DNA of 64,000 bases from positions 288,001 through 352,000 of the forward strand of contig CAXXYE010000011.1 of NCBI GenBank assembly GCA_963674865.2. Reading direction: 5' to 3'. Origin of the DNA: Candidatus Hydrogenedentota bacterium. GTDB taxonomy: Bacteria; Hydrogenedentota; Hydrogenedentia; Hydrogenedentales; SLHB01. Shown piece by piece: positions 19,521-29,918 of the stretch; the first letter of the stretch is position 1; each line of letters opens with the position of its first letter. A program made the translations under genes and the position numbers. The notes beneath the pieces are model-generated. The model was given only the letters and a program-made list of their open reading frames with translations. It was not told where the DNA came from and did no database searches.

Positions 19521-22500
19521 TTACAGTCCGTTGACGGAAATGCACGCCTCGGCGATCTCGCGGCGCGCCTGTTGGATTTGTCGAGTCGCATCGCGATACG
19601 CAGGCACGCTATCAGGCGTTAAAGGTAGGCGGCGCCCCAGCCGGTGAAGGTTGGCCTCGATCCGCGTAGGTACCTCGCGGAGGATCTTGCGCGCTTCTTC
19701 GAGTACTTCGCCTGAAACGCCGCGCTTCTCCGCATTGCGGATGGCCTCGCGGAGGAGGTAGAGGTACTCGTAGTCCTCGATACCCTCGCGCGCCACTTCC
19801 CACCGCTTGCTGCTCACGACCTGTCCCTCACTACCGTCGTACACGGTGGCGAAGAAGTCCCCGAACGAGGTGATGCCCTCCCAGCGATCGGCGTTCGCAT
19901 TACTCGCGTAGCACCACCAGCCCGCGCCGGTGAATCCCATGTCCCAGGCGAACCAGAAGCGCCGGCGGTAGATGCCCAGGCACGACAGCGTCTTGGCGCG
20001 TCCTGCCGCGTCGTAGAACCACACCTCCTTGCCGACTTGTTTCGCGAAGGGAATAATCTCGTCCGTGAAGCGTTCGAGTAGTTCCGAGGACGGGCACCAG
20101 ATATCGATGAGTCCGTCAAGCATCTCGAGGGACTGCCTATTCGTGCCGCTCGTGGGATCGGTGTAGATGAGAATGTTGGGATCGGCCCGGCGGATGAGCT
20201 TGGCCACCTCGACGAGGTTCAGCGTTGTGTCAGCAAAAGGTGAGGAAGGCTCATCGTAGGGATAGAGCGCCCAGTCCCCGTAGTCCAGTCCCAGCGCCTT
20301 GCTATGTGCCACCCATCCGCGGAGGAAGGCAACAAATCCCTTCTTCCAGGCGGCCGAACGAAAGGGCTGGCCTTTCAGGCCGCCCTGCGGCCCCGTGAAC
20401 AACAGGATACCGTGCTGCGCCAGGCGCGCCACGGACTCATCGTGCGCGGAGAAATCGATCGGCCCTTCAAGTCGCCCCGTGCTGTCGCACGCAGCCTTCG
20501 GTGTTCTGCCGAAGAACACCGAAGCCCCGTGTTCGATGAGGTCCTCCAGGGCATTGGGATTGTCGGCTCCAAGATCGCCGCTGTCGTGCGCCCACAAGCA
20601 GAATCGCAGTGGCCGCGGGCGGGGGAGGGCCAGAGCCAAGACGGATATCTTGAGCGTGACGATTCGCTCGGTGGGATCGGGCTCAAGGCTCTTGAGGCGT
20701 AGCGCGGCCGTGTACGCGCCCGGCTCCATGCCCTTCGCGTTAAGCGTGAGCCAGAGCTGTTCTGTTTCAAAGGGCGCCACGGCGATAAGGCCCGCCTGAT
20801 CGAGTTTGGGCAGGGCGTCCGCAACTAGTTCACGCCGGTTCGTGGGCACCGCGACGGCCCGCCGAAATGCCAGGTGCTCATTCGCGGGATAGCTAGTCTC
20901 GCCTTCGATATCGCCCGGCAGCACACGCACCTCCAGCGTCCGGCCGCCCAGGTTGGTTAGGTTCAACGCTAGTGATTCGTATTCGTCTACGCACAACGTG
21001 ATGTCAAGCGAGTCGGTGCGCTCCTCGGGCGTGGGGAGGGTGTCGCGGGAGTCGAAATACGCCCAAGGGTCGAACGCCCAGGCGATGAAGCTGCCTGAGG
21101 GGGCCAGAGAGGCGCCGGCGGCGGATAGATCCCGCAGCCGCAGCGCGGAACGTCGGAGCGGCGGCAGCGTTTCGGAACGCTCCTCCGGAGTGGCATCCTC
21201 GACGGCTTCGAGCGTGCCCCTGAGCGCTACGAGCTGCTGACGCATCGCATGCACAGCGCCGGGATTCCCCGCCCGCCACGAGTCCAGAGCCATTGCCGTC
21301 TGCTCAAAGGCTACGTTGTTGAGAAAAGCCTTGTCGCTCTTGAACCCCTTGAACTTGAGCACCTCCTCCTCGTGCGTGGACACCTTCAAAGCCTCGGCCT
21401 CAACGAGGTTTTGAGTCACGCGGTATGCGCCCTTCCGGCCCGTAGTGAAGGGCAACGTCACGCGCTCTTTCGCACTGAGGACATGGCGCGCTATGCGGCG
21501 CGTGCTTCCGTCGGGGGCGACGATCTCCGCAAGAAAGACTAGACGCTGCTCATCGGGATTGCTCACGTCGTAACGCCAAGTATTCGGCCCGCTCAACAGC
21601 AGCGTTTCACTAGCCGGTGTGAGACTGGCGCGTTCCTCGCCGGGAGCTTTCTGAGGTGTGGGAACGAGGAGATAATCCTTGGTGGACGGGGGCAAGCCGC
21701 TCCGTGCCCGATTCCCCGCGAAGAACACCCGGTTACGTGGATCCTCCTTGTACGGCACAGACAGGTTGCCCCAGACAACGCGGGCAGGCGCACGAAGGCC
21801 GGCGGGCGTCGTGCTGACGATATCCAGCAAGCCGTCGCGGTCGAAGTCGCCCACGAGGGGGGCGGTGGTGGGGCGTGTCCCAGTCGCAGCGGAGAACGTG
21901 GGGGAGCCGTCGCACTCAAGAACGTCAAGGCCGACGCCCGCTTGATCGTATAGAATGACTTCAAGCTCAGCGTCATTGTCGAGGTCGACGAACGTGGGAG
22001 CCGCGTAGAAGGTTCTGTCCGTCATCCCAAGGCTCCACCGGAACCCGCCGTCACCGTAGCACCAGGCCCCGCCTCCCTTATTGCCGAAGACCACCTCATC
22101 CTTCCCGTCGCCGTCGAGATCCGCCGCCTGGATGGCGTTGTTGACGTGCATGAAGACATTCTCTTCAACGACGATGCGGCGACTGGCCGGGTCGATCCGG
22201 TAGAAGTGGTGGAGTCCGCCGCCGATGTACAGTTCCGGTGTATCGTCGCCATCGACATCGGCGAGGAGGGGCGTGCTATTGGGAAACAGATCATCCGGCC
22301 GGTAGATGTCCCAGAGCCACTCGCCTTGCGCACTCAGGGCGTAGATGTGGCGGTCGTGCGACGGCAGGATGATTTCGCGCCCAGGCAGGTCGTAGATGTC
22401 GGCTACGAAGACGGGCCCCATCTTCGTGCCGTCTCCCGTGAACTGCCACAAGGCGTGGCCGTTATGCGCCAAACACGAAAGCGTGCCCGACGTGTCGCCC

Positions 22501-22949
22501 ACGAGGATCTCGGGATGCCCGTCGCCATCGAGGTCGGCGATGGCGGGACACGCGTCGGCAATCACCCCGCCGGGGAGCTGCGCCTTCCACACCAGGGCGC
22601 CGTCGGCCCGCAAGGCGGCGAGATTACCCTTGCTGTCCGCGGCAACGATCTCCTCTTGGCCGTCCCCGTCGAGGTCGGCGATGGCCGGCGTGGCCGTCAC
22701 GGGCGGCGCCATGGCGTGAGTCCACATGCGCTGCCCGTCGAGGTCGAAGCAGACCACGCCCTGGGCGCTTTCGCAGACGACGATAGCCACGGCCTGTCCT
22801 GTCTCCGGATCCAAAAGGACGTTCGGCGTCGAGAAGCCTCCCTCGCCGGGGGCTTCCCAGCGCGTTGTGTATGCGAGATCGGCCGAAGCGGCCGCGCCAC
22901 ATACGAGAATCGCTATCGACGCTATAAGAAACTGCGGCGGCACTTTCAT
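19521..22949 (-). CDS. Secreted FG-GAP-repeat beta-propeller plus C-terminal DUF4091 / GH123-like domain
   Basis: Signal peptide; multiple ADLDGDG repeats; YPYDEP; DIWCP; SKRWEVAREGIEDYEYL. Confidence 0.8.
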   Translation of the reverse strand: MKVPPQFLIASIAILVCGAAASADLAYTTRWEAPGEGGFSTPNVLLDPETGQAVAIVVCESAQGVVCFDLDGQRMWTHAMAPPVTATPAIADLDGDGQEEIVAADSKGNLAALRADGALVWKAQLPGGVIADACPAIADLDGDGHPEILVGDTSGTLSCLAHNGHALWQFTGDGTKMGPVFVADIYDLPGREIILPSHDRHIYALSAQGEWLWDIYRPDDLFPNSTPLLADVDGDDTPELYIGGGLHHFYRIDPASRRIVVEENVFMHVNNAIQAADLDGDGKDEVVFGNKGGGAWCYGDGGFRWSLGMTDRTFYAAPTFVDLDNDAELEVILYDQAGVGLDVLECDGSPTFSAATGTRPTTAPLVGDFDRDGLLDIVSTTPAGLRAPARVVWGNLSVPYKEDPRNRVFFAGNRARSGLPPSTKDYLLVPTPQKAPGEERASLTPASETLLLSGPNTWRYDVSNPDEQRLVFLAEIVAPDGSTRRIARHVLSAKERVTLPFTTGRKGAYRVTQNLVEAEALKVSTHEEEVLKFKGFKSDKAFLNNVAFEQTAMALDSWRAGNPGAVHAMRQQLVALRGTLEAVEDATPEERSETLPPLRRSALRLRDLSAAGASLAPSGSFIAWAFDPWAYFDSRDTLPTPEERTDSLDITLCVDEYESLALNLTNLGGRTLEVRVLPGDIEGETSYPANEHLAFRRAVAVPTNRRELVADALPKLDQAGLIAVAPFETEQLWLTLNAKGMEPGAYTAALRLKSLEPDPTERIVTLKISVLALALPRPRPLRFCLWAHDSGDLGADNPNALEDLIEHGASVFFGRTPKAACDSTGRLEGPIDFSAHDESVARLAQHGILLFTGPQGGLKGQPFRSAAWKKGFVAFLRGWVAHSKALGLDYGDWALYPYDEPSSPFADTTLNLVEVAKLIRRADPNILIYTDPTSGTNRQSLEMLDGLIDIWCPSSELLERFTDEIIPFAKQVGKEVWFYDAAGRAKTLSCLGIYRRRFWFAWDMGFTGAGWWCYASNANADRWEGITSFGDFFATVYDGSEGQVVSSKRWEVAREGIEDYEYLYLLREAIRNAEKRGVSGEVLEEARKILREVPTRIEANLHRLGRRLPLTPDSVPAYRDATRQIQQARREIAEACISVNGL

Positions 22950-23002
22950 AACTCTCTCCTCTCCTCAGCCCTCTCAGGCCTTTCACGCGAGGCGGCCCCA
23001 GA

Positions 23003-26000
23003 CTATAAGTCACGAAGCTTGATGCACGCGGCGACAATCCGCTGCCGGGCGTCATCCAGCCGTCGAGTTGCCTCTTCATAGAGCGGCACGCCATCCGTAT
23101 TCAGGGGTAAGCGCTCTTGCGTGGAACGAAGGGTCGCCTCCATCCCTACCGGCATCTCCCTGAGCAAAGCGCGCGGCCCGGCCAATTCCGCCTCGGGCAC
23201 GCCGCGCTCTTGGGCGCTGCGGACGGCCTCCCGGAGCATATAAAGGTATTCATAATCCTCAATGCCCTCGCGCGTGACCTCCCACCGCTTGCTTGTCACT
23301 ACAGCGCCTGGCCCGTCATACACGGCGAAGAAGGCATCGATTTCATTGGGCCCATCCCAGCGATCCGTTTTCCCGTGATGCGAATAGCAAAACCATCCCG
23401 CGCCTTGGAATCCAAGGTTCCATATATTCCATAGCCACCAGCGGTAGTGCCCCAGCGTAGACAGCGTCTTGGCCCGCCCGCGCGCGTCGTAATTCCAGAC
23501 TTCCTTGCCCCATTCCCGGGCCACGGGAAGGAACTCCTCCCCAAACCTATCGAGCAACTGGTTCGACGGGCACCAGATATCGACCAAATGCTTGTACATA
23601 TCGAGGCTTTCCTCGGTGGTGCCGTTGGTGGGATCCGTGTAGATGAGGATATTGGGATCGGCCTCCCGGATGAGCCCGGCGATCTCGACGAGTTCAATAG
23701 TGTGTTCAGCGAACGGACTCGACGGCTCATCGATGGGATACATGGCCCACTGGCTGTATCCGAGGCCCAGATCCTGAAGATGGCGCGCCCAGGCGCGCAT
23801 GTAAGGCACGAATGCCTTCCGCCACGGCTCCGAGAGCGTCGGCTGGCCCTTCAGGCCACGATGGCCTCCCATGAAGAGAACAAACCCATGCGGGGCGAAG
23901 CGCCTGATGGAAGCGTCATGTTTGGTGAAGTCCATAGTGACGAGCTTGCCCTTGTCGTCGCATGTGGCGTCAGGACTCTCGGCAAGAAAGACGGTGTTGC
24001 CATGCTCGACAAGGTCCTCCAGCACATAGTCTTCATTGATGTTGAGGTCGCCCACGGACAGCGCCCACGTGCAGAAACGCAAGGGCCGCGGACGCGGCAG
24101 AGCGAGGTCGTGAACCGTGAGGACAACCGGCAGCTCGACCTCCGTGGAATCGGCCTCGATGCTCTTGAGATGCAGGTTAATGGTGTGTTCACCGGGCGTG
24201 AGCCCCTTCGCGTTGACGGTGATCCACACCTGTTGAGTCTCGAGCGCGGGAATGGTGATAAGGCCCGCTTCATCCAACTGAGGCAGCGCATCGGACACGT
24301 GTTTGCGCCGGCGTGTGGGCACGGTGACCGCCCGCCGCAGCGCCATGTGCTCCGTGTCGTCGCAGCGCACACGCACATCGAGGCCCCGGCCGCTTACATT
24401 GGTGACGTTAAGCGCCAGCGATTCGTACTCGCCCTGGCAGAGATAAGCCGCCAGTTGCTCCGTCTTGTCATCTGGTGTGGGGAGTGTATCCCTTGTGTCG
24501 AAATAGGCCCAGGGACAGCACTCCCACGCCACGAAGCTCCCCGAAGGGGCGAGTTCGGCGCCCGCGACGGCCAACGTGCGCAGTCGCTCCGCGGAAAGTC
24601 GGAGGGAGGCGAGCATTCCCGGCGCAGCGGCGCCCGCATGGCCCAGTTCGGCCAGCATGCCACGCAAGGCTGTCAACTCTCCCCGAAAGTAGGCCGCACT
24701 CCTGGCATTCGTCTCATGCCAAGTCGCTAGGATGGCGTCGACGGTGTCAAAGAGCCCCTGCAAATAAGCCCTATCGCTCTTAAGCCCCTTGAACTTCGCT
24801 GACGATTCGACGGCGGGCGTCGTGCGTAGCGCGTCTGCGTCGACGAGGGAGGCGGCGAGCCCATACGTGCCCCGCTCGCTCACCGCAAAGGGCAAGGAGA
24901 TGCTCGCGCTGGGGCCGTAGACGTGTCGCGTCCATCGCCGGACGGACTTATCGGGATAGGTGACCGCAGCCATAAGGGCGAGCCGCTGACTCTCCGGATT
25001 GTCTACGCCGAATCGCCACGTATTCGACCCGCTCAAGAGTTGGAAGTCCGCCGGGCACGCCAGCGAGGCGCCCGTCAGGCCGGGGGTGACGTGGGGGGCA
25101 GGAAGCAGAGGGAACTGCCGCGCCGATGGCGGGCGGCCCGAGTGTGCGCGATCGCCCGCGAAGGCGACTCGGTTCCGGATGTCCGCCTGATAGGGCGCTC
25201 CCAGTTCAAACCACACCAGCTTGCCGACGCCCCGATAGCCTCCTTCCTCTGTCACGACCATTTCGAGCATGCCGTCGTTATCAAGATCGCCGGAAAGGGG
25301 CTGCACAAGGGACGTATAGCCTATTTGCCCGGAGGAGAGAGGCGTGCCGTCCGCATCGAGGACCTGCACATCCCTCGTGCTGGACAGGCAAATGATCTCC
25401 ATGCCGGGATCATCATCGAGATTGACGATGGTCGGCGCGCCGTGAAAGCCGCTTTTCGGGAACTCCTGCGTCCATTGCATGCCGCCCTCGCCATAGCACG
25501 AAAGCGCGCCTCCCTTCATGCCGAAGAGCACTTCATCCTTGCCGTCGCCGTCGAGGTCCGAGGCAATGATGGCGGTGTTGACGTGCATGTAGGTGTTTTT
25601 CTCGAAGGCGAGCGTGTGGTCGGCGAGGTCGATGCGGTAGAAATGATTCAGGCCGCCGCCGACGTACAGCTCGGGGACGCTATCGCCGTCCACGTCCGCG
25701 AGGATTGGCGTGCTGTTGGGGAAGAGGTCTTTCTCGAAATAGAGGTCCCAAAGCCATTCCCCGCGGGCTGACAAGGCGTAGACGTGACGATCGTGTGACG
25801 TAACGATGACCTCCTTCCCGGGCGTATCGTAGATGTCCGCCGCGAGAATAGGGCCCATCTGCGTACCATCGCCCGTGAACTGCCAGCGGAGGCGGCCCTT
25901 GTGATCGAAGCACGACAAGGTGCCTGACGTATCGCCCGCAAGGACGCACGCACTCCCCGCTCCGTCCAGATCGACAATGGCCGGGCAACTATGCGCGTCG

Positions 26001-26380
26001 ACGCCGGCCGGTACGCGCGCCGACCACATTAACGCCCCGCCTCCAGTGACGGCGACGATGTTGCCTTTGCCGTCTGCGGCGGCGATGTCTTCCCGTCCGT
26101 CCCCGTCGATATCGGCCACGGCAGGGGAGGCCGTGGCGGGCGTTTCGAGAGGATACTCCCAAAGGCGTTTCCCGCTCAGGTCGAAACAGACAATGCCCGT
26201 GTTCATCTCCACCGTGACGAGAGCGACAACCTCGCCGTTTTCCGGATCACACAAAGCATTGGCTGCGGAAAAGCCGCCCGCGCCTTCCACGTCCCACCCC
26301 ACGTCCAAAGAGAACGCGGCCCAGCACGTGCATGGCGCAAATAGAATAAGGATGACGGCGCAGAAAAGGTGAGATCTCAT
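23003..26380 (-). CDS. Paralog of the 19521-22949 protein (FG-GAP plus DUF4091 / GH123-like)
   Basis: MRSHLFCAVILILFAPCTCWA signal; shared blocks DLFPNSTP.LADVDGD, LALPRPRPLRFC, YPIDEP, SKRWEVTREGIEDYEYL. Confidence 0.8.
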   Translation of the reverse strand: MRSHLFCAVILILFAPCTCWAAFSLDVGWDVEGAGGFSAANALCDPENGEVVALVTVEMNTGIVCFDLSGKRLWEYPLETPATASPAVADIDGDGREDIAAADGKGNIVAVTGGGALMWSARVPAGVDAHSCPAIVDLDGAGSACVLAGDTSGTLSCFDHKGRLRWQFTGDGTQMGPILAADIYDTPGKEVIVTSHDRHVYALSARGEWLWDLYFEKDLFPNSTPILADVDGDSVPELYVGGGLNHFYRIDLADHTLAFEKNTYMHVNTAIIASDLDGDGKDEVLFGMKGGALSCYGEGGMQWTQEFPKSGFHGAPTIVNLDDDPGMEIICLSSTRDVQVLDADGTPLSSGQIGYTSLVQPLSGDLDNDGMLEMVVTEEGGYRGVGKLVWFELGAPYQADIRNRVAFAGDRAHSGRPPSARQFPLLPAPHVTPGLTGASLACPADFQLLSGSNTWRFGVDNPESQRLALMAAVTYPDKSVRRWTRHVYGPSASISLPFAVSERGTYGLAASLVDADALRTTPAVESSAKFKGLKSDRAYLQGLFDTVDAILATWHETNARSAAYFRGELTALRGMLAELGHAGAAAPGMLASLRLSAERLRTLAVAGAELAPSGSFVAWECCPWAYFDTRDTLPTPDDKTEQLAAYLCQGEYESLALNVTNVSGRGLDVRVRCDDTEHMALRRAVTVPTRRRKHVSDALPQLDEAGLITIPALETQQVWITVNAKGLTPGEHTINLHLKSIEADSTEVELPVVLTVHDLALPRPRPLRFCTWALSVGDLNINEDYVLEDLVEHGNTVFLAESPDATCDDKGKLVTMDFTKHDASIRRFAPHGFVLFMGGHRGLKGQPTLSEPWRKAFVPYMRAWARHLQDLGLGYSQWAMYPIDEPSSPFAEHTIELVEIAGLIREADPNILIYTDPTNGTTEESLDMYKHLVDIWCPSNQLLDRFGEEFLPVAREWGKEVWNYDARGRAKTLSTLGHYRWWLWNIWNLGFQGAGWFCYSHHGKTDRWDGPNEIDAFFAVYDGPGAVVTSKRWEVTREGIEDYEYLYMLREAVRSAQERGVPEAELAGPRALLREMPVGMEATLRSTQERLPLNTDGVPLYEEATRRLDDARQRIVAACIKLRDL

Positions 26381-26499
26381 GAGCGTTGCTCCTATGACTG
26401 CGGGGAATCTTCCAAGGATGGTGGCAGCACCATGCCTATCATAACGGCTTGTGAAGGCAATTTGAAGGAAGGATTCAGGGGCGGCGGGGAGGAAAAAGG

Positions 26500-28560
26500 T
26501 CAGGCAAGTCCCATCAATCCGGCGAGGCGCGGTATGTGTTCGCCTGCGCGACTGCGCCCGGCAAGATCCCAGAGCGATAGGCCCAGCCGGCGCATAGCGA
26601 ACACGGCTGGGATCCAGCCCATCGTCCAGCCGGCCTCGATGCACCAAGCGCCCCATCCCAAGTCTGCCGAACTGCCCCAGAATTCCCAACGACTGTAGTC
26701 GAACGCCCTGAACCACCCGCCATCGAGGTAGGGATGCGCGTCCGATCGAACCTGGATGCGGCACAGAAACTCGGCTAACTTGTTCTCAGCGGCGCGAAGC
26801 CGGGCGTCGTTTGTCGCGGCGGCGGCCTCGTGCAGGCCGAGGAAAGCGAAGTTGCTTGTGTACAGCAAGTCGCAGACGGGATCGCCATCCTCCTGAATCA
26901 GGGGCGCCTCACGTGAACCGTACTCCTCGTTGGAGGCGAGTGGGGGATACTTGCCCGTCCCCGGTGGGCCGAGACGCTCCCGTAGGGCGCCGCAGGACTC
27001 TTGTTGGGCGAGCAAATCATCTGCGATACGCGCCAACCAGGCCCTGGTTTGCCCGGTATCCTCGACGCGCACCAGCCACGAGAGGCAGAGCAGCATCCGC
27101 GCCTGTTCCTGCAGGAAGCCGTTTGTCCACCGCCACCCGTCCGGATACGCATCCATGGTGGCGCGAATTGCCTCACGGGCACGCTGTACGAAGAGGTCGA
27201 GCCCGCTGAGTCGCCAGGCAAGTAGATAGCACGCCCAGAGATAGGACTCGTAGTGAGGTGCGGGATTGATGATGTCGCGCTCATGGTAGTGCCGCCACCC
27301 ATGGCGTGCCAACTCGTCAATATCAATGCGATTACCCCGAAAGCCATGGATGCCCGTGGTGCGCAAGTTCGCCAGCAGCGCCTTGGCAACGCCCTCATCC
27401 CATCGTCTTGAACCGAGCAGCGCGCCCGCGGCCAGTATGGCCAGTATGGCCCGGGCGTTATCGTCGCCGTAGGTGGCCTTCTCCCAGGCGGGCGTAGTGA
27501 CGCCCCAAGCCATCAGGCCGAACGCGGGATGTTCCGGGTCGGCACGCTCGGCTTGCTGAATGCGGGAATCGAAACAGACGAAATCGAGCAAATTAGCGGC
27601 CATTACGCCGGTTCCGGGAAGCGACTCCGTTGCAGCGGCGAAGGCCAGAGCCATCGCACTCTCACTGTTGCAGTCGCAGCGAACGGGCAAGCGCCGAGGT
27701 TGGCTGCCATCGGCCTGGATATTGGCCGCGTATCCTTCGAGAATGCCAAGACGGCCGTTGCCAAGCGGCTCTGAGGGGCTTGGCGCCCGACACACTTCCT
27801 TACCGTCAGCAACGAGGCCGGCCAAGGTGCGTGTCCGCGAGGAATGGACGAGCAGTCTAGAACGAATGTGCCATCGTGCTGCACGCTGTAGGGCCTTTTC
27901 CTCGCAATCCGCGGCAAGAAGCTCTTCACGCCCGTACGCGGCGTTGACGGACGGTGTCCAGAGAAGCGCCGGAACGGGAAGGCCCGGGCATAACCAATGG
28001 AGAATACGCTGCCACAAAGCGCGCCACGCCTCAACGGGCGCGTACCTTCCCGTAACGAAATGACTGAGCTTCGTGGCGGCAAGAAGCCGCCCCCCTGCGG
28101 GCTCTCCATAGAGGACGGGCCACGAATCGACTGGCAGGCCGAACATGGCACGCTCGAAGCCCGCGACCTTTCCCAGCACAAGGTGGGAGGGAGGAGGGGC
28201 CTTGTATGGCATGATAACGCAGCGGCAGTCATGAATCGACAGAATGCGCCCCGCGGATAGCCCCTTGCCGAAGAAATCCGACGCCACAACGAGCCGCCGG
28301 TGCCCGCTTTCCCGTATTTCACACCCCGGCTCGCCCAAGAACTCGCCAAAAACACGAATACCTTTGGCTGAAATGGCTTCCCAATCCTGTGAACGAACCA
28401 CAACCGGAGCATCGGGATAGGTGTCGGCCAGGATTAGAAGGCCATCGCTTGCTTCGGCGAAGGACAGTGCTTCTTGAATGCTGTCGGCACGCTGTCTGGA
28501 CTCCGCCGGAAGAAGGCCGTAAAGGTCGTTGTCCTCAACGCAGCAACATATCCATTTCAT
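26500..28560 (-). CDS. Conserved hypothetical protein, probable (alpha/alpha)6 glycosidase-like fold
   Basis: Long ORF with YGDDNARA, PHYESYLWA, DLLYT and GGWFRAFDY..WEFWGSSAD.GWGAWCIE motifs; fold is inferred. Confidence 0.6.
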   Translation of the reverse strand: MKWICCCVEDNDLYGLLPAESRQRADSIQEALSFAEASDGLLILADTYPDAPVVVRSQDWEAISAKGIRVFGEFLGEPGCEIRESGHRRLVVASDFFGKGLSAGRILSIHDCRCVIMPYKAPPPSHLVLGKVAGFERAMFGLPVDSWPVLYGEPAGGRLLAATKLSHFVTGRYAPVEAWRALWQRILHWLCPGLPVPALLWTPSVNAAYGREELLAADCEEKALQRAARWHIRSRLLVHSSRTRTLAGLVADGKEVCRAPSPSEPLGNGRLGILEGYAANIQADGSQPRRLPVRCDCNSESAMALAFAAATESLPGTGVMAANLLDFVCFDSRIQQAERADPEHPAFGLMAWGVTTPAWEKATYGDDNARAILAILAAGALLGSRRWDEGVAKALLANLRTTGIHGFRGNRIDIDELARHGWRHYHERDIINPAPHYESYLWACYLLAWRLSGLDLFVQRAREAIRATMDAYPDGWRWTNGFLQEQARMLLCLSWLVRVEDTGQTRAWLARIADDLLAQQESCGALRERLGPPGTGKYPPLASNEEYGSREAPLIQEDGDPVCDLLYTSNFAFLGLHEAAAATNDARLRAAENKLAEFLCRIQVRSDAHPYLDGGWFRAFDYSRWEFWGSSADLGWGAWCIEAGWTMGWIPAVFAMRRLGLSLWDLAGRSRAGEHIPRLAGLMGLA

Positions 28561-28627
28561 GCCGCAAACCCACCTCTCTGCCCGCGCGCCTTGCCAAGTT
28601 GCGCTCCAAGGGACACTCAAGGCGTGT

Positions 28628-28891
28628 CTACGCCTCTTGCTTCTCCTCAGTGCCTTCAGAGGCCCGCTCCTCGAGGAACGCCCTGGCTGCTTCCTCAGAG
28701 GAGCGAGGCACAAGGATCTGCACCTCGCCCAAGCCGTCTGTAATTATTGGCAAGACCGTGTGCGCTATATCCGAATTCGCCCGGCCCCGAATGCCGTGTG
28801 CCGCGAGAAACGACAGAATTACCTCCGCCTCACCATCGCGCCAGCAACTGTGAACCGGTACAAATACATCGCCTGAAGCCTCTTCTGCCAT
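28628..28891 (-). CDS. DUF2007-like small protein
   Basis: EAEVILSFLAAHGI...GLGEVQILVP..EEAARAFL pattern. Confidence 0.7.
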   Translation of the reverse strand: MAEEASGDVFVPVHSCWRDGEAEVILSFLAAHGIRGRANSDIAHTVLPIITDGLGEVQILVPRSSEEAARAFLEERASEGTEEKQEA

Positions 28892-29014
28892 ATCGAAGAC
28901 CTCGCAGGTTGATGTTGTCTAACTGGTATCGTTACCTGAGGCTATTGTAAGCCATTCCGGAGCACCGGCCAACCCCGCCTCGAAACATGGCGAGAACGCC
29001 TCCATAAACGGCCG

Positions 29015-29043
29015 TTGACAAGGTGGGGGAGGGGTGATAGAAT
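29015..29043 (+). promoter_or_regulatory. Sigma-70 promoter of tRNA-Gly
   Basis: TTGACA-17 bp-TAGAAT with extended TG, 13 nt before the tRNA. Confidence 0.85.
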
Positions 29044-29056
29044 GCTGACCACCGGA

Positions 29057-29132
29057 GCGGGACTAACTCAGTTGGTAGAGTGCCAGCTTCCCAAGCTGGA
29101 TGTCGCGGGTTCGAACCCCGTGTCCCGCTCCA
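29057..29132 (+). tRNA. tRNA-Gly (CCC)
   Basis: Acceptor stem GCGGGAC/GTCCCGC, anticodon arm CCAGC-TTCCCAA-GCTGG, GGTTCGAA T-loop, encoded CCA; 76 nt. Confidence 0.97.
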
Positions 29133-29532
29133 TTCTTGTGTCTACCCCTTGCCTCAAAGTCCCGCCATTTCCGCCGTTTCATTTTGATTCCAGCGGCCCA
29201 ATCAGAACCTAAAACGTTTCTTTTTGAGATCTGAAATATGAAATCCTCCAGCCTTCTTCATTCCTGAACGCCTTGCGGAAACCACTGAAAATCCGACCAA
29301 CACAAGATCGTTAATATGGTGCATCAGGGACGAAAGTAACGTGAAATGAGAGGGTTATCACTAAGAGTTAAGGCGTCGAATTAGGTCAACATATGACAAG
29401 CTTCAGGTTGTGGCTCTCAAGAGGGCTTGCGCTTGGGTGGGGTGAGCCTGTCTCAATACCCCAATAGGCGCCCAAGTGAGGGAGGTGCGCCGGCCATCCC
29501 CCGGAGGCGAAGCGTGAGTATATCCGACTCGG

Positions 29533-29560
29533 ATAAAACATAATATATATTATCGGACGC
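29533..29560 (-). other. dif-like XerCD recombination site
   Basis: GCGTCCGATAA-TATATA-TTATGTTTTAT (11-6-11), versus E. coli dif GGTGCGCATAA-TGTATA-TTATGTTAAAT; intergenic. Confidence 0.8.
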
Positions 29561-29615
29561 TCTACGTGTAGGCCTGGCGAGGAGGGCTTTGCGTTTTCTC
29601 TGGCGCAGCTTGGCC

Positions 29616-29918
29616 CTAGGAAGGCGCTGTAAGGTCTTCTAGGAGGTCTTGGAGGCTTTGCTGGATCCTGGCGAGGGCTACGAGGATATCTTTCGTGTCT
29701 TCCTGAGCGGCGGCCTGCTCGTCCGCGAGGGCGGCTGCGAAGGATACGGCTGTGAGCAAGGCGAAGGCTTGAGTGTCAATACGGTCGCTGGATGCCTCAA
29801 TCTCGCGGAAGCGGTTGGTCACCTGCTCGACAATCTCGGATGTGGCGGCGGCGTCGCCATAGATGGGGACGTGAAGGGTTGTTCCGGCGACCTTGATGAG
29901 GATTGTTTCTTTGGTCAT
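29616..29918 (-). CDS. zapA: Cell division protein ZapA
   Basis: IKVAGTT...IVEQVTNRFREI...ALLTAVSFA then coiled coil; typical position after pheT. Confidence 0.75.
   Translation of the reverse strand: MTKETILIKVAGTTLHVPIYGDAAATSEIVEQVTNRFREIEASSDRIDTQAFALLTAVSFAAALADEQAAAQEDTKDILVALARIQQSLQDLLEDLTAPS

Noticed and set aside
23447..24730. 427-aa + strand ORF
   Set aside because: Antisense shadow of the FG-GAP/DUF4091 gene
29133..29400. Integrated element at the tRNA-Gly 3' end (AT-richer stretch)
   Set aside because: No integrase and no duplicated tRNA 3' end (att site) seen in the window
29400..29615. 6S RNA (ssrS), often found downstream of zapA; an imperfect hairpin exists near 29431-29478
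   Set aside because: No long 6S-like rod with a central bubble could be recognised; an Rfam covariance search is needed
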